The notes beneath the pieces were generated by a model, which saw only the letters and a list, made by a program, of their open reading frames with translations, had not been told where the DNA came from and did not search any database. A stretch of DNA of 62,715 nucleotides from a virus. Taxonomy: Duplodnaviria; Caudoviricetes. Shown in pieces: positions 1-8,651 of this stretch. The first letter of the stretch is position 1. Each line of letters begins with the position of its first letter. The position numbers and the translations under genes are program-made. Where the stretch lies: positions 1 to 62,715 of IMG/VR virus record IMGVR_UViG_3300008108_000056, one strand, 5' to 3'.

Positions 1-1
1 T

Positions 2-97
2 ATCACCCCTTCGGTGTTCTATGTGTCGAACAACCAAGGTCTGAAGAATGCTTCTTCTAACTACGGTGGTGTAATTCAGACAACTTTCCGTTTCTGA
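2..97 (+). CDS. 3' end (partial) of cyanobacterial-type outer-membrane porin (SomA/OprB-like)
   Basis: Frame 2 reads ITPSVFYVSNNQGLKNASSNYGGVIQTTFRF*; ITP...TTFxF with a terminal Phe is the typical C-terminal beta-strand signature of cyanobacterial porins. Confidence 0.7.
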   Translation: MTPSVFYVSNNQGLKNASSNYGGVIQTTFRF

Positions 98-107
98 TAT
101 ATAATGT

Positions 108-124
108 GGGGGGTAACCCCCTTT
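108..124 (+). terminator. small GC hairpin, possible terminator or processing site
   Basis: GGGGG-GTAA-CCCCC followed by TTT, after the porin stop. Confidence 0.45.
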
Positions 125-126
125 AA

Positions 127-211
127 GGAAGTGTGGCCGAGTGGTTTAAGGCACCTGTCTTGAAAACAGGCAATGTGAAAGCATTCGTGGGTTCAAATCC
201 TACCACTTCCG
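127..211 (+). tRNA. tRNA-Ser(UGA)
   Basis: Acceptor GGAAGTG/CACTTCC, anticodon arm CCTGT-CT TGA AA-ACAGG, long variable arm, GGTTCAAATCC T-arm. Confidence 0.95.
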
Positions 212-257
212 TTGGAGTTACTCGTTAGGCAGACAGCCTAGAAGGAGGCTCCACCTT

Positions 258-331
258 CGGGGTGTAGCGCAGTTTGGTAGCGCAACTGCTTTGGGAGCAG
301 TGGGCCGCAGGTTCAAATCCTGCCACTCCGA
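258..331 (+). tRNA. tRNA-Pro(UGG)
   Basis: Acceptor CGGGGTG/CACTCCG, anticodon arm ACTGC-TT TGG GA-GCAGT, GGTTCAAATCC T-arm. Confidence 0.95.
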
Positions 332-352
332 TTTTCCATATTGGAGGAAATA

Positions 353-601
353 ATGGCATCACCAAATGTTACTGTAATTTACACTAAGAGAGGTTGCCCT
401 TTCTGCGAAAAGATTAAAGAAGTTTATAACCTAAAGGGATGGAACTATACTGAGTACGTTCTTGATGAGCATTTTAATCGAGAACAATTCTACAGTGAGT
501 TTGGGAATGGTGCTACTTTCCCCCAGGTTATTGTAGATAATAAGAAAACAGGTGGTTGTACAGATACTATTCAACACTTTCAAAATAACGGTCTAATTTG
601 A
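353..601 (+). CDS. grx: glutaredoxin (NrdC-like)
   Basis: CPFC active site, TFPQV and GG motifs; ATG 353 after GGAGG RBS. Confidence 0.9.
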   Translation: MASPNVTVIYTKRGCPFCEKIKEVYNLKGWNYTEYVLDEHFNREQFYSEFGNGATFPQVIVDNKKTGGCTDTIQHFQNNGLI

Positions 602-603
602 CA

Positions 604-610
604 ATAAATA
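604..610 (+). promoter_or_regulatory. T4-type late promoter
   Basis: ATAAATA in an intergenic position. Confidence 0.55.
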
Positions 611-669
611 ATATTGAGTTCAAATTAGGAGGTTGGGTTTCGTCATAGTTGTTGTTTAAGGAGGAACCC

Positions 670-909
670 ATGAGTAGTTTAGAGTTTATTTACGTGTCAT
701 TTTTTATGACACTTTTATCATTTGTCGGTGGTGCAGTATTGTCTTGGGTGATTAAAGATTACGTTGAAGCATTTATTGATAATGCTGCCTATTCTAAATC
801 CATCACTCATCCAGAAATGCTTGATGAAGATGGTCACGTATTAAGAGATGAGTTGATTTACTTGCATATTACGGACGATGATGATATGATGGATGAGGAA
901 GACGACTAA
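670..909 (+). CDS. small membrane protein, conserved cyanophage type, acidic C-terminus
   Basis: N-terminal TM helix, HPEMLDEDG motif, GGAGG RBS. Confidence 0.7.
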   Translation: MSSLEFIYVSFFMTLLSFVGGAVLSWVIKDYVEAFIDNAAYSKSITHPEMLDEDGHVLRDELIYLHITDDDDMMDEEDD

Positions 910-916
910 GATCATT

Positions 917-1801
917 ATGATTCTGATTGATATGAATCAGGTTATGATTTCTAACCTGATGATGAATATATCCATTAATGGACCACAAAAAATTGAAGAA
1001 GATCTAGTTCGACATATGGTTATTAATTCACTTAGAATGTATCGTTCTAAGTTTTATAAAGAATATGGAGAACTAGTTCTTTGTTATGATTCTAAAAACT
1101 ATTGGAGGAAAAAAGTATTTCCCTACTACAAAGGAACTCGTAAAAGAGATCGTGAGAAATCCAATCATGATTGGGGAAATATCTTTGATGTCCTAAACAA
1201 ACTTAAAGAAGAGTTTAAAGAAAATCTTCCATACCCTACTATTGATGTGGATGGTGCAGAAGCAGACGATATTATTGCAGTTCTATGTAAGCATCAAGGA
1301 ATTGTAAATATTCGATTGCAGAGAGACTTACAACCTGCTGTTAAGGTTCTCATTCTTTCTGGAGATAAAGACTTTATTCAACTTCAAAAGTATAAGTTTG
1401 TAAAGCAATACAATCCTATTCAAAAGAAATTTGTTGGTGGTGGAGATCCTAAAGCATACATTCTAGAACACACTATTAAGGGTGATCGTTCGGATGGCAT
1501 CCCAAACTTTCTTTCAGATGATGACACTTTTGTAGAAAATAAAAGGCAGAAACCACTAAGTAAAAAGAATATTGATATGTGGTTGGATATGTCTCCAGAA
1601 CAATTCTGCAGAGATGAAAAGACTTTGAATCAGTACAATAGGAATAAACAATTGATTGATTTTAATTACATCCCTGAAGAAGTAGAAAAAAGTATTATAG
1701 ATAATTATGTATCTATAGTGCCAAACAAAAGAGGTAAACTATATCCTTATTTTGCTTCCCATCGGTTACTTGAAATGCTTGATAAAATAGGAGAATTTTA
1801 A
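917..1801 (+). CDS. rnh: T4-like RNase H / 5'-3' exonuclease
   Basis: ILIDMNQ, YWR...YK.TR, EADDIIA, SGDKDFIQL, GDRSDGIPN motifs. Confidence 0.92.
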   Translation: MILIDMNQVMISNLMMNISINGPQKIEEDLVRHMVINSLRMYRSKFYKEYGELVLCYDSKNYWRKKVFPYYKGTRKRDREKSNHDWGNIFDVLNKLKEEFKENLPYPTIDVDGAEADDIIAVLCKHQGIVNIRLQRDLQPAVKVLILSGDKDFIQLQKYKFVKQYNPIQKKFVGGGDPKAYILEHTIKGDRSDGIPNFLSDDDTFVENKRQKPLSKKNIDMWLDMSPEQFCRDEKTLNQYNRNKQLIDFNYIPEEVEKSIIDNYVSIVPNKRGKLYPYFASHRLLEMLDKIGEF

Positions 1802-1802
1802 A

Positions 1803-2240
1803 ATGAGATTGTTAATTTCTGAAATCTTGCAGAAGGTATCTAACGCAAAAACAAAAGCAGAGAAAATTAAAATCCTTCAAGATAATAATACCCAAACACT
1901 TCGTTCGATTTTAATCTGGAATTTTGATGAGACGGTAGAATCTCTTCTCCCAGAAGGTGAAGTTCCATACACTCCAAATGAAGCACCTGTAGGAACGGAA
2001 CATACACTCTTAGAACAGGAGTCTAGGAGATTCTATTATTTCGTTGCTAATGGTAGAACAACGATCTCTCAAATGAAAAGGGAGCAAATGTTTATTCAAA
2101 TGCTTGAAGGACTTCATAAGTCTGAGGCAGAAGTCCTTGTCCTAGTCAAAGATAAAAAACTAGGCAAGAGATATAAGATTACTAGAGCATGTGTTGAAGA
2201 AGCATTCCCTCAAATTGAATGGGGGAATAGATCAGCATGA
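1803..2240 (+). CDS. conserved T4-like phage protein (DUF6433-like)
   Basis: LISEILQKV...PEGEVPY...KREQMFIQMLEGLH pattern; usual position after rnh. Confidence 0.7.
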   Translation: MRLLISEILQKVSNAKTKAEKIKILQDNNTQTLRSILIWNFDETVESLLPEGEVPYTPNEAPVGTEHTLLEQESRRFYYFVANGRTTISQMKREQMFIQMLEGLHKSEAEVLVLVKDKKLGKRYKITRACVEEAFPQIEWGNRSA

Positions 2241-2497
2241 AGTATAGATGTAAAGTATTTAAAGAGGATTGCTCCCCATTAGATGCCGAAGATACATCTT
2301 TACCTTTAAATTCTTATCTGGTTAAATATGAGGATGATGGTATTGTAAAATACGACATTGTTATCTCACACAAACGAGTAGATATTTTTGATTATTATTA
2401 CGATAATTTTCCTGCAATACACTCAATTGAATGGACTAAAGGTAAAGTTAATCCAAAACTTTGGCAAGATCCAAGACAATCGAATAAAAAGAAATGA
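2237..2497 (+). CDS. hypothetical protein
   Basis: ATGA overlaps with both neighbours. Confidence 0.65.
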   Translation: MKYRCKVFKEDCSPLDAEDTSLPLNSYLVKYEDDGIVKYDIVISHKRVDIFDYYYDNFPAIHSIEWTKGKVNPKLWQDPRQSNKKK

Positions 2498-2934
2498 ACT
2501 TCAATTTCAACTTTGGTAAAAAGAAACCAGGTATTAAAGAGTACGCAATCATCGGAGTAGTTCTCTCTGCGGTGATTGGTACTCTTTCTCAATGTACAGG
2601 AGTATCGGAAGATGGACTATGGGACTTATTGGATGAAATTCAAAGAAAGTATTTCCCACAAACTATGCTTAATGAGTTTATACTTAAAGATCCTGCGAAA
2701 CTAGAACGTAGGATTACACGAGACGTTGACCATGCTATCGATGATTACATTAGAAAATCTGGTTTAAAAGAATCTGGAGTTGATAAACCTAGGTTTATTG
2801 ATAGTGCTATTGACCCAACAGTATGTTATACTAAAGAGTGTCAATCTCTAGGAGGAGAGATGAGACTCTGTGCCCCTTGGATTCCTGATTGTAAGAAAGA
2901 TGACGAAAAAAATGACAGTATATCTGGATCCTAG
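2494..2934 (+). CDS. hypothetical membrane-anchored protein with Cys-rich C-terminus
   Basis: N-terminal TM segment; VCYTKEC...MRLCAPWIPDC. Confidence 0.65.
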   Translation: MNFNFNFGKKKPGIKEYAIIGVVLSAVIGTLSQCTGVSEDGLWDLLDEIQRKYFPQTMLNEFILKDPAKLERRITRDVDHAIDDYIRKSGLKESGVDKPRFIDSAIDPTVCYTKECQSLGGEMRLCAPWIPDCKKDDEKNDSISGS

Positions 2935-3187
2935 AGGTCCAGCACAAGAAGAAGCAGAAGAACTTCAAAAGCAACTTGAAGAGCAGGAGAAGAAAGAAAA
3001 TATAGAAAAGGGAGTTGCAATCGTCAATGGATTGATTGCTTATCTATTAATTCTTCCCGTACTATTCATGTTTGCTTTTAACGTGTCCTTGACAAAGATG
3101 TTCAGTCTTGATAGGATAGGTTACGTTGAATCCCTCGGGATTGTAATTGTTGCAAGAGTATTGAGAGGTAAGAGATCTAATGGCTAA
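2912..3187 (+). CDS. hypothetical membrane protein
   Basis: Two hydrophobic segments; overlaps the thyX start. Confidence 0.6.
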   Translation: MTVYLDPRGPAQEEAEELQKQLEEQEKKENIEKGVAIVNGLIAYLLILPVLFMFAFNVSLTKMFSLDRIGYVESLGIVIVARVLRGKRSNG

Positions 3188-3875
3188 AGTTTGTTTAGTT
3201 TCGGTGACACCAGATGCAGAAAAGACAATGGCATATATTGCTAGAGTTAGCAACCCTGCGAATCAAGACAACGAAAACTATGCCAAGTTGCTTGCTTATT
3301 GTATTAAGCATAATCATTGGTCTGTTTTTGAACAGTCTACTATGACTCTTGAGATCGAAACGAATCGTGGTATCGCAGCTCAGATTTTGCGTCATAGGTC
3401 CTTCACATATCAAGAATTTTCACAACGATATGCTGATGCTTCTCTTCTAACTGAAGAGATTCCTGTTCCTGAACTTCGTAAGCAGGACACGAAGAATCGT
3501 CAGAACTCTACTGATGATCTTGATCCTGAACTCAAGAGAAGTTTTGAACGTCGCACTAAGCACTTGTTTGCAGATATTATGGATCTGTATGATGATATGC
3601 TTGCCGCAGGAGTGGCAAAGGAATCAGCACGTTTCGTGCTCCCCTTGGCAGTACCAACCAGAATCTATATGACTGGCTCGTGCCGTTCATGGATTCATTA
3701 TATTAATCTTCGTTCTGCTAATGGAACTCAGAAAGAACACATGGACATTGCTGAAGCAGCAAAGAAAGTATTTATCTGTCAGTTCCCTACAGTTGCAGAA
3801 GCACTTGGATGGTGTAATGGTGAGTGTGATTGTAGAGATTGGGAAAATGTTCAACCTTGCATTAGGATAGATTGA
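3180..3875 (+). CDS. thyX: FAD-dependent thymidylate synthase ThyX
   Basis: HWSVFEQ, QILRHRSFTYQEFSQRY (RHRX7S) and AKESARFVLP motifs. Confidence 0.97.
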   Translation: MAKVCLVSVTPDAEKTMAYIARVSNPANQDNENYAKLLAYCIKHNHWSVFEQSTMTLEIETNRGIAAQILRHRSFTYQEFSQRYADASLLTEEIPVPELRKQDTKNRQNSTDDLDPELKRSFERRTKHLFADIMDLYDDMLAAGVAKESARFVLPLAVPTRIYMTGSCRSWIHYINLRSANGTQKEHMDIAEAAKKVFICQFPTVAEALGWCNGECDCRDWENVQPCIRID

Positions 3876-3876
3876 T

Positions 3877-4068
3877 ATGTACTACGAATATCTCCATCAA
3901 GAAGGTATGCAAACATGTTGGGTCTATTGTATTATTTTAGACCCAGCACGAAAGCAAGATAAACTTCGTATTAGATATAAACTTGGTACGGAAGAACATG
4001 ATGCTTGGGTGCCAGCAAATAGTGTCAGACTTGTCACTGGGAGTAATGAAATGGAGACATCACAATGA
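3877..4068 (+). CDS. hypothetical protein
   Basis: ORF tightly packed in the operon. Confidence 0.5.
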   Translation: MYYEYLHQEGMQTCWVYCIILDPARKQDKLRIRYKLGTEEHDAWVPANSVRLVTGSNEMETSQ

Positions 4069-4211
4069 ATAATCAAGAAGTAATTCAAATTGCAAAAGAT
4101 TGTGGACTTGTTTATAATAACAACCACGATATTTTGGAGTTCTATCAGAAGATTCGCAAAGAATTAAAAAAAGAGTTCAAAGAAACAACAGAAGTTGTTG
4201 AAACTAAATAA
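4065..4211 (+). CDS. hypothetical protein (48 aa, below track cutoff)
   Basis: ATGA overlap, GGAG RBS, MNNQEVIQIAKDCG... Confidence 0.55.
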   Translation: MNNQEVIQIAKDCGLVYNNNHDILEFYQKIRKELKKEFKETTEVVETK

Positions 4212-4228
4212 GGTAAGGGAGTGTTACA

Positions 4229-4459
4229 ATGCCTACATATCCAGTAAAGAATCTGAAAACAGGTGAAACAAAAGAATTGTACATGTCAATGGCAGAGTAC
4301 GAATCTTGGAAACTTGAAAATCCAGACTGGGATAAAGATTGGACTCAAGGAATTGGTGGTGTCACTTATGGACAACCAAAACAATCCGATGGATTTAAAG
4401 AAGTTATGAGTAAAGTGCAAAAGGCACACCCCCGAGCAAACCTTAGTAGATTCATCTAG
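4229..4459 (+). CDS. conserved small protein upstream of phoH
   Basis: MPTYPVKNLKTGE... pattern typical of T4-like phages; CTAAATA late-promoter-like sequence at 4204-4210. Confidence 0.75.
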   Translation: MPTYPVKNLKTGETKELYMSMAEYESWKLENPDWDKDWTQGIGGVTYGQPKQSDGFKEVMSKVQKAHPRANLSRFI

Positions 4460-4462
4460 ACT

Positions 4463-5227
4463 ATGCCAGTAAAAACTCGCAGGAACAAAACCAACGGAAA
4501 TGGTAACGGCAACGGAATGAGTGCAAAGCAGATGAGAAGGAAGAAACCTATTAACAATGAGCACTTAATTGACATCAAACCTCTAACTGATGGTCAGAAG
4601 AAAGTGTTTGAGTGTTGGGATGAAGGTAAAAACCTTATTCTTCATGGTGCTGCTGGAACAGGGAAAACTTTCGTAAGTCTTTTCCTTGCACTCAGAGATG
4701 TATTAAATCCTAATACACCATACGATAAAATTTATATTGTGCGTTCTTTAGTTCCCACTAGAGAGATTGGTTTTCTCCCTGGAGATCATGAAGATAAATC
4801 AGCACTCTATCAAATTCCATACAAACATATGGTAAAATATATGTTTGAGATGCCAGATGATAATTCTTTTGAGTTATTATATGACAATCTAAGAGGTCAA
4901 GAAACGATTTCATTCTGGAGCACTTCTTATATTCGTGGGGTTACTCTTGACAATTGTATTGTTATTGTTGATGAATTTAGTAACTTGAATTTCCATGAAC
5001 TTGATTCTATGATCACTCGTGTGGGTCAAGATTGTAAGATTGTTTTCTCTGGTGACATTTCTCAGTCTGATTTAATTAAACAGAATGAGAAGAATGGAGT
5101 TCTTGACTTCATGAAAATTCTAGAAACAATGGAAGAGTTCTGCTGTGTAGAATTTGGCATTGAAGATATTGTACGTTCTGGATTAGTTCGTTCATACTTA
5201 ATTAGTAAAATTAATCTTGGTTTTTAA
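4463..5227 (+). CDS. phoH: PhoH-like ATPase
   Basis: GAAGTGKT Walker A, REIGFLPG, RGVTLD, IVDE, GDISQSDL, DIVRSGLV. Confidence 0.96.
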   Translation: MPVKTRRNKTNGNGNGNGMSAKQMRRKKPINNEHLIDIKPLTDGQKKVFECWDEGKNLILHGAAGTGKTFVSLFLALRDVLNPNTPYDKIYIVRSLVPTREIGFLPGDHEDKSALYQIPYKHMVKYMFEMPDDNSFELLYDNLRGQETISFWSTSYIRGVTLDNCIVIVDEFSNLNFHELDSMITRVGQDCKIVFSGDISQSDLIKQNEKNGVLDFMKILETMEEFCCVEFGIEDIVRSGLVRSYLISKINLGF

Positions 5228-5229
5228 TT

Positions 5230-5904
5230 ATGTTTAACTTTGTCGGGACTCCAGTTCCTTTATTAGAATTGGAGTCCGTGGAAGAAAATGGAAAACGATT
5301 CTATCCAGTTCCAAGTGGACAAAAGTATCCATCTGTAACTACAGTAACTTCTATTCGGTCTAAAAAAAGTATCCTTGCATGGAGACAAAACGTTGGTGAG
5401 GAAGTTGCAAATAAAATTTCACACCGTGCCTCTAGACGAGGCACGTCTCTTCATGCTATGATAGAAGCATACCTTAAGGGAACCCCTGTTAAAGATGAAG
5501 ATGAGGAAGTCCTATCGTCGTTTCTTTTCAAAATTTGCAAAGGGTCTCTTAATCGTATTAATAATATACATGCTTTGGAAGCCCCTCTTTACTCTGATTA
5601 TTTACGTCTTGCTGGTAGGGTTGATTGTATTGCTGAGTTTGATGGCATCCTTAGTGTAATTGATTTTAAATCCTCATCTAAACTAAAAAAAGAATCGTGG
5701 ATTGAAAATTATTTCGTACAAGAAACAGCATATGCTGCAATGTACTTTGAAAGAACAGGAATTAAAGTCGAACAAATCGTTACTATAATTTCAACAGAAG
5801 AAGGTGAGTGTCAAGTCATCATTAAAAATGATCTATCAAAATACTTTAACCTTTTAAAAGAGTATATTCAAGAGTACGAGGAAGAAAACAGTAATGGAAT
5901 TTGA
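5230..5904 (+). CDS. PD-(D/E)XK exonuclease
   Basis: YPSVTTV, RGTSLH, AGRVDC, IDFKSS and YFVQ..AYA motifs. Confidence 0.88.
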   Translation: MFNFVGTPVPLLELESVEENGKRFYPVPSGQKYPSVTTVTSIRSKKSILAWRQNVGEEVANKISHRASRRGTSLHAMIEAYLKGTPVKDEDEEVLSSFLFKICKGSLNRINNIHALEAPLYSDYLRLAGRVDCIAEFDGILSVIDFKSSSKLKKESWIENYFVQETAYAAMYFERTGIKVEQIVTIISTEEGECQVIIKNDLSKYFNLLKEYIQEYEEENSNGI

Positions 5905-6139
5905 TGACAGGTTTATGACACAAGCAAAGTTTAATGATGAAGTAGAGAAGATTGTTCTCGGTAGTAATGGCATGACAAATTATATTGATGCAGTCATTTC
6001 TGTATGCGATCAATATGAGATTGAAATAGATACGGTTTCAAAATTAATTTCAAAACCACTTAAAGATAAACTTAAATACGATGCTCAAAAGTTAAACTTT
6101 ATCAAAAGAACTACTATGGGAGTTTTGCCGATCGTATGA
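5894..6139 (+). CDS. gp33: late promoter transcription coactivator gp33
   Basis: YIDAVISVC...KLISKPLKDKLKYDA..LNF; synteny before gp59 and gp32. Confidence 0.85.
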   Translation: MEFDDRFMTQAKFNDEVEKIVLGSNGMTNYIDAVISVCDQYEIEIDTVSKLISKPLKDKLKYDAQKLNFIKRTTMGVLPIV

Positions 6140-6750
6140 CTGGATTTGATGTTTACAAATTATACTTGTCTGTGAAGTTACATTTCACTTCTGACAAGTA
6201 TAATTTTTTTCAGTATAATGGTAAGAGTCGAGCATCACAGACATCTTATGATACTAGAAAAGACAAATACTTTTTTGAAAAGTTAGCAAATAAATACAAT
6301 TACGATACATTAGTTGAATACTTTGTATCTCAATTCGTCACAGAGCAAGATATGTGGCTAGGTGATATAGTTAAACCAAAAGGAGAAAAAAATTATTACA
6401 ACTGGAGAAAGAAAAAACATGCACTAAAAGACACTTTTGAATTTGAACTAGTGCAATTATTAAAATCAATTCCAACTCCATATCAAGAAAATATCGATAA
6501 GTTATTTCAATGTAATACAGGAACTCATCCTTTAATTGTAAAGGCATATTTAAAGAAATCTGTAAGTCTTGAGTCTTTAGTAATTTTGGAAAAAGTTTTT
6601 TCTTTTGTTTCACATATTGATAAACACATATCAGATCCATTGTGGAAATCTATAATGAAGAAGATCGAAAATTATTCTCCCTTTCTAGATGTAGATGTAT
6701 CGGACTACAGAAAAGTTATTAAGGACAAGATTACATGTCAGAGTTTTTAA
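6136..6750 (+). CDS. gp59: helicase loader gp59
   Basis: YKLYLSVKLHFT..KYNFFQYNGK, RKDKYFFEKL, HPLIVK; synteny. Confidence 0.88.
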   Translation: MTGFDVYKLYLSVKLHFTSDKYNFFQYNGKSRASQTSYDTRKDKYFFEKLANKYNYDTLVEYFVSQFVTEQDMWLGDIVKPKGEKNYYNWRKKKHALKDTFEFELVQLLKSIPTPYQENIDKLFQCNTGTHPLIVKAYLKKSVSLESLVILEKVFSFVSHIDKHISDPLWKSIMKKIENYSPFLDVDVSDYRKVIKDKITCQSF

Positions 6751-7055
6751 GGTCAGAAATCGTACAAAAAGAAATGTACGATATGCAAATTTTATATAAA
6801 AGATTATCAACTATTGTTGAACATCTTAAGACCTTAGATAAAGAAGAAAAGATTGAGTTTATTGAACAAACTAAAATTTTAATTGAGAAACAAAAAGTAT
6901 TCTATACTAGAATGACTCTTGCAGCAAAGACTGACGAAGAATTAAAAGAAATTGTCAATAATATGAATCGTTTATCTAAACTGTTCTGTGGGGAACCCAT
7001 GATGGATGTGCTGAACAACATGACTGATAAGTTAAACTCATACATCCCCACTTGA
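6735..7055 (+). CDS. DUF1825-like protein
   Basis: FLRSEIVQKE...LIEKQKVFYTRMTL pattern; position between gp59 and gp32. Confidence 0.65.
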   Translation: MSEFLRSEIVQKEMYDMQILYKRLSTIVEHLKTLDKEEKIEFIEQTKILIEKQKVFYTRMTLAAKTDEELKEIVNNMNRLSKLFCGEPMMDVLNNMTDKLNSYIPT

Positions 7056-7080
7056 CACTGCCTAAATAGTGTGTTACTCT
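7052..7080 (+). promoter_or_regulatory. sigma70-type promoter with embedded late-promoter-like CTAAATA
   Basis: TTGACA-17 bp-TACTCT, with CTAAATA at 7062-7068 in the spacer. Confidence 0.7.
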
Positions 7081-7134
7081 TAATGAGTGGCAATCAAACG
7101 AATCCACACAATACAACAAATACGGAGAATACGA

Positions 7135-8067
7135 ATGTCTTTTTCACAACTCAAGCGCAATTCTGGGTCTGCTTTTGATAAACTGACCAAAGAATTGGAG
7201 AAGATTTCTAATCCTGAATCTTCTAGTGGTGCTGATGAGAGGTTTTGGAAACCCGAAATGGATAAGTCGGGTAATGGTTATGCAGTAATTCGGTTCCTTC
7301 CAGAACCTGAAGGTGAAGAACTTCCTTGGGCAAAGGTATGGAGTCATGCCTTCCAAGGACCTGGTGGTTGGTATATTGAGAATAGTCTTACCACTCTTGG
7401 TAAGAAGGATCCAGTTGGTGAACTCAATCGTCAACTGTGGAACAGTGGTAGTGATGCAGATAAAGAAATTGCACGTAAGCAGAAACGTAAACTGTCTTAC
7501 TATGCAAACATCTATATTGTAGAAGATCCCCTGCACCCTGAAAATGAGGGTCGTGTGTTCCTCTACAAGTTTGGTAAGAAGATCTTTGACAAACTGATGG
7601 AAGCAATGCAACCTCAGTTCAAGGATGAGAAACCTGTCAATCCTTTTGATCTTTGGAAGGGTGCTGACTTCAAACTGAAGATCCGTAAGGTTGAAGGTTA
7701 CTGGAACTATGATAAGTCTGAGTTTGCTTCTCCTAGCACTCTCGGTAATTTTGATGATGAACAACTGGAAGCAGTTTGGAAGAAGTGCTATTCTCTTTCT
7801 GAGTTTGAAGACCCTAAGAACTTTAAGACTTTTGAAGAACTGGAAGCACGTCTTGATATGGTTCTGAATTCATCGAAACCTCCTACTCGTAAGGTTGTCG
7901 ATGTTGAAACTCAAGAGGATGAAAACTGGGCACCCACTAAAAAGTCTGATTGGGATGAAGAGATTACCTCGTTTAAATCTACTAAGGTTGCTACTGTTGC
8001 ATCCGTGGATGATGAAGACGATGAAGATAAACTGAGTTGGTTTGCACGTCTTGCGGAGGAAGATTGA
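7135..8067 (+). CDS. gp32: single-stranded DNA-binding protein gp32
   Basis: DERFWKPEMDKSGNGYAVIRFLP, HAFQGPGGWYIENSLTT, FGKKIFDK, acidic tail. Confidence 0.96.
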   Translation: MSFSQLKRNSGSAFDKLTKELEKISNPESSSGADERFWKPEMDKSGNGYAVIRFLPEPEGEELPWAKVWSHAFQGPGGWYIENSLTTLGKKDPVGELNRQLWNSGSDADKEIARKQKRKLSYYANIYIVEDPLHPENEGRVFLYKFGKKIFDKLMEAMQPQFKDEKPVNPFDLWKGADFKLKIRKVEGYWNYDKSEFASPSTLGNFDDEQLEAVWKKCYSLSEFEDPKNFKTFEELEARLDMVLNSSKPPTRKVVDVETQEDENWAPTKKSDWDEEITSFKSTKVATVASVDDEDDEDKLSWFARLAEED

Positions 8068-8231
8068 TGTTTATCGCAACTAGGGAACACGGTGACAGTA
8101 CCCTGTACTATCAAGATGATGGTCAATGGACACTAGATAGAAGTAGAGCACTTGAGTTTAAAACTTCAGATGATGCTCATATGACTTCTAATTTTCATCA
8201 AATGTATGATGTGATTCTAGAGGAAGTATGA
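8067..8231 (+). CDS. hypothetical protein
   Basis: TGATG coupling to the gp32 stop. Confidence 0.5.
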   Translation: MFIATREHGDSTLYYQDDGQWTLDRSRALEFKTSDDAHMTSNFHQMYDVILEEV

Positions 8232-8494
8232 AATTCTTATTTGGTTTTCTTGGTGCCCTAACTATTAGTACACCTGCATTTGCCTATAATGTTGAGTACA
8301 TACCTGGCACTATTCCTGGATGCGATAGAATTAATGGAGTCTATGTCTGTCAAGATGGATATGGGAACCGATGGATTCCCTTGCCAAAGACGAGAAGGTA
8401 TCGGTACTATCGAGAACCTGCATTTGATTGCGGTGCATCGGCTCTTACAATTCTAGGTGTTCCTATTATCGGGACAGTGAATGTATGTCAGTGA
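8228..8494 (+). CDS. hypothetical secreted protein
   Basis: Signal-peptide-like N-terminus (PAFA); Cys pairs. Confidence 0.55.
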   Translation: MKFLFGFLGALTISTPAFAYNVEYIPGTIPGCDRINGVYVCQDGYGNRWIPLPKTRRYRYYREPAFDCGASALTILGVPIIGTVNVCQ

Positions 8495-8602
8495 CACCTA
8501 AGGAAGAGTGGAGTTACATCTGGATGTGTTTTAAGGAGACCCTCAAAATAATTTTGAGTAGACCCCAAAACCAAAATCGACCTTAAATTCCCAGATAGGG
8601 CA

Positions 8603-8641
8603 GAAAAATTCCCCAGGTAAAAATCGTACCTGGGGTTTTTT
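8603..8641. terminator. bidirectional intrinsic terminator
   Basis: CCCCAGGTA/TACCTGGGG stem with a T-run after and an A-run before, between convergent genes. Confidence 0.8.
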
Positions 8642-8651
8642 GTAAGTAATT

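Noticed and set aside
3180-3875. Possible intron or intein in thymidylate synthase
   Set aside because: ORF is continuous and of normal ThyX length
4200-4520. Pho box upstream of phoH, and the Asn-Gly repeat at its N-terminus
   Set aside because: No convincing tandem PyTTAAPyPy repeats seen; the (NG)4 tract uses varied codons and looks like a low-complexity linker
5230-5904. Cas4-like nuclease suggesting CRISPR adaptation
   Set aside because: No four-Cys Fe-S cluster, no cas genes or array; standard phoH-linked exonuclease of T4-like phages
7144-7764. 206-aa antisense ORF within gp32, and similar antisense ORFs in the structural genes (e.g. 17988-18614, 16012-16491)
   Set aside because: Shadow ORFs of Gly/Ala-rich or codon-biased genes; no independent evidence
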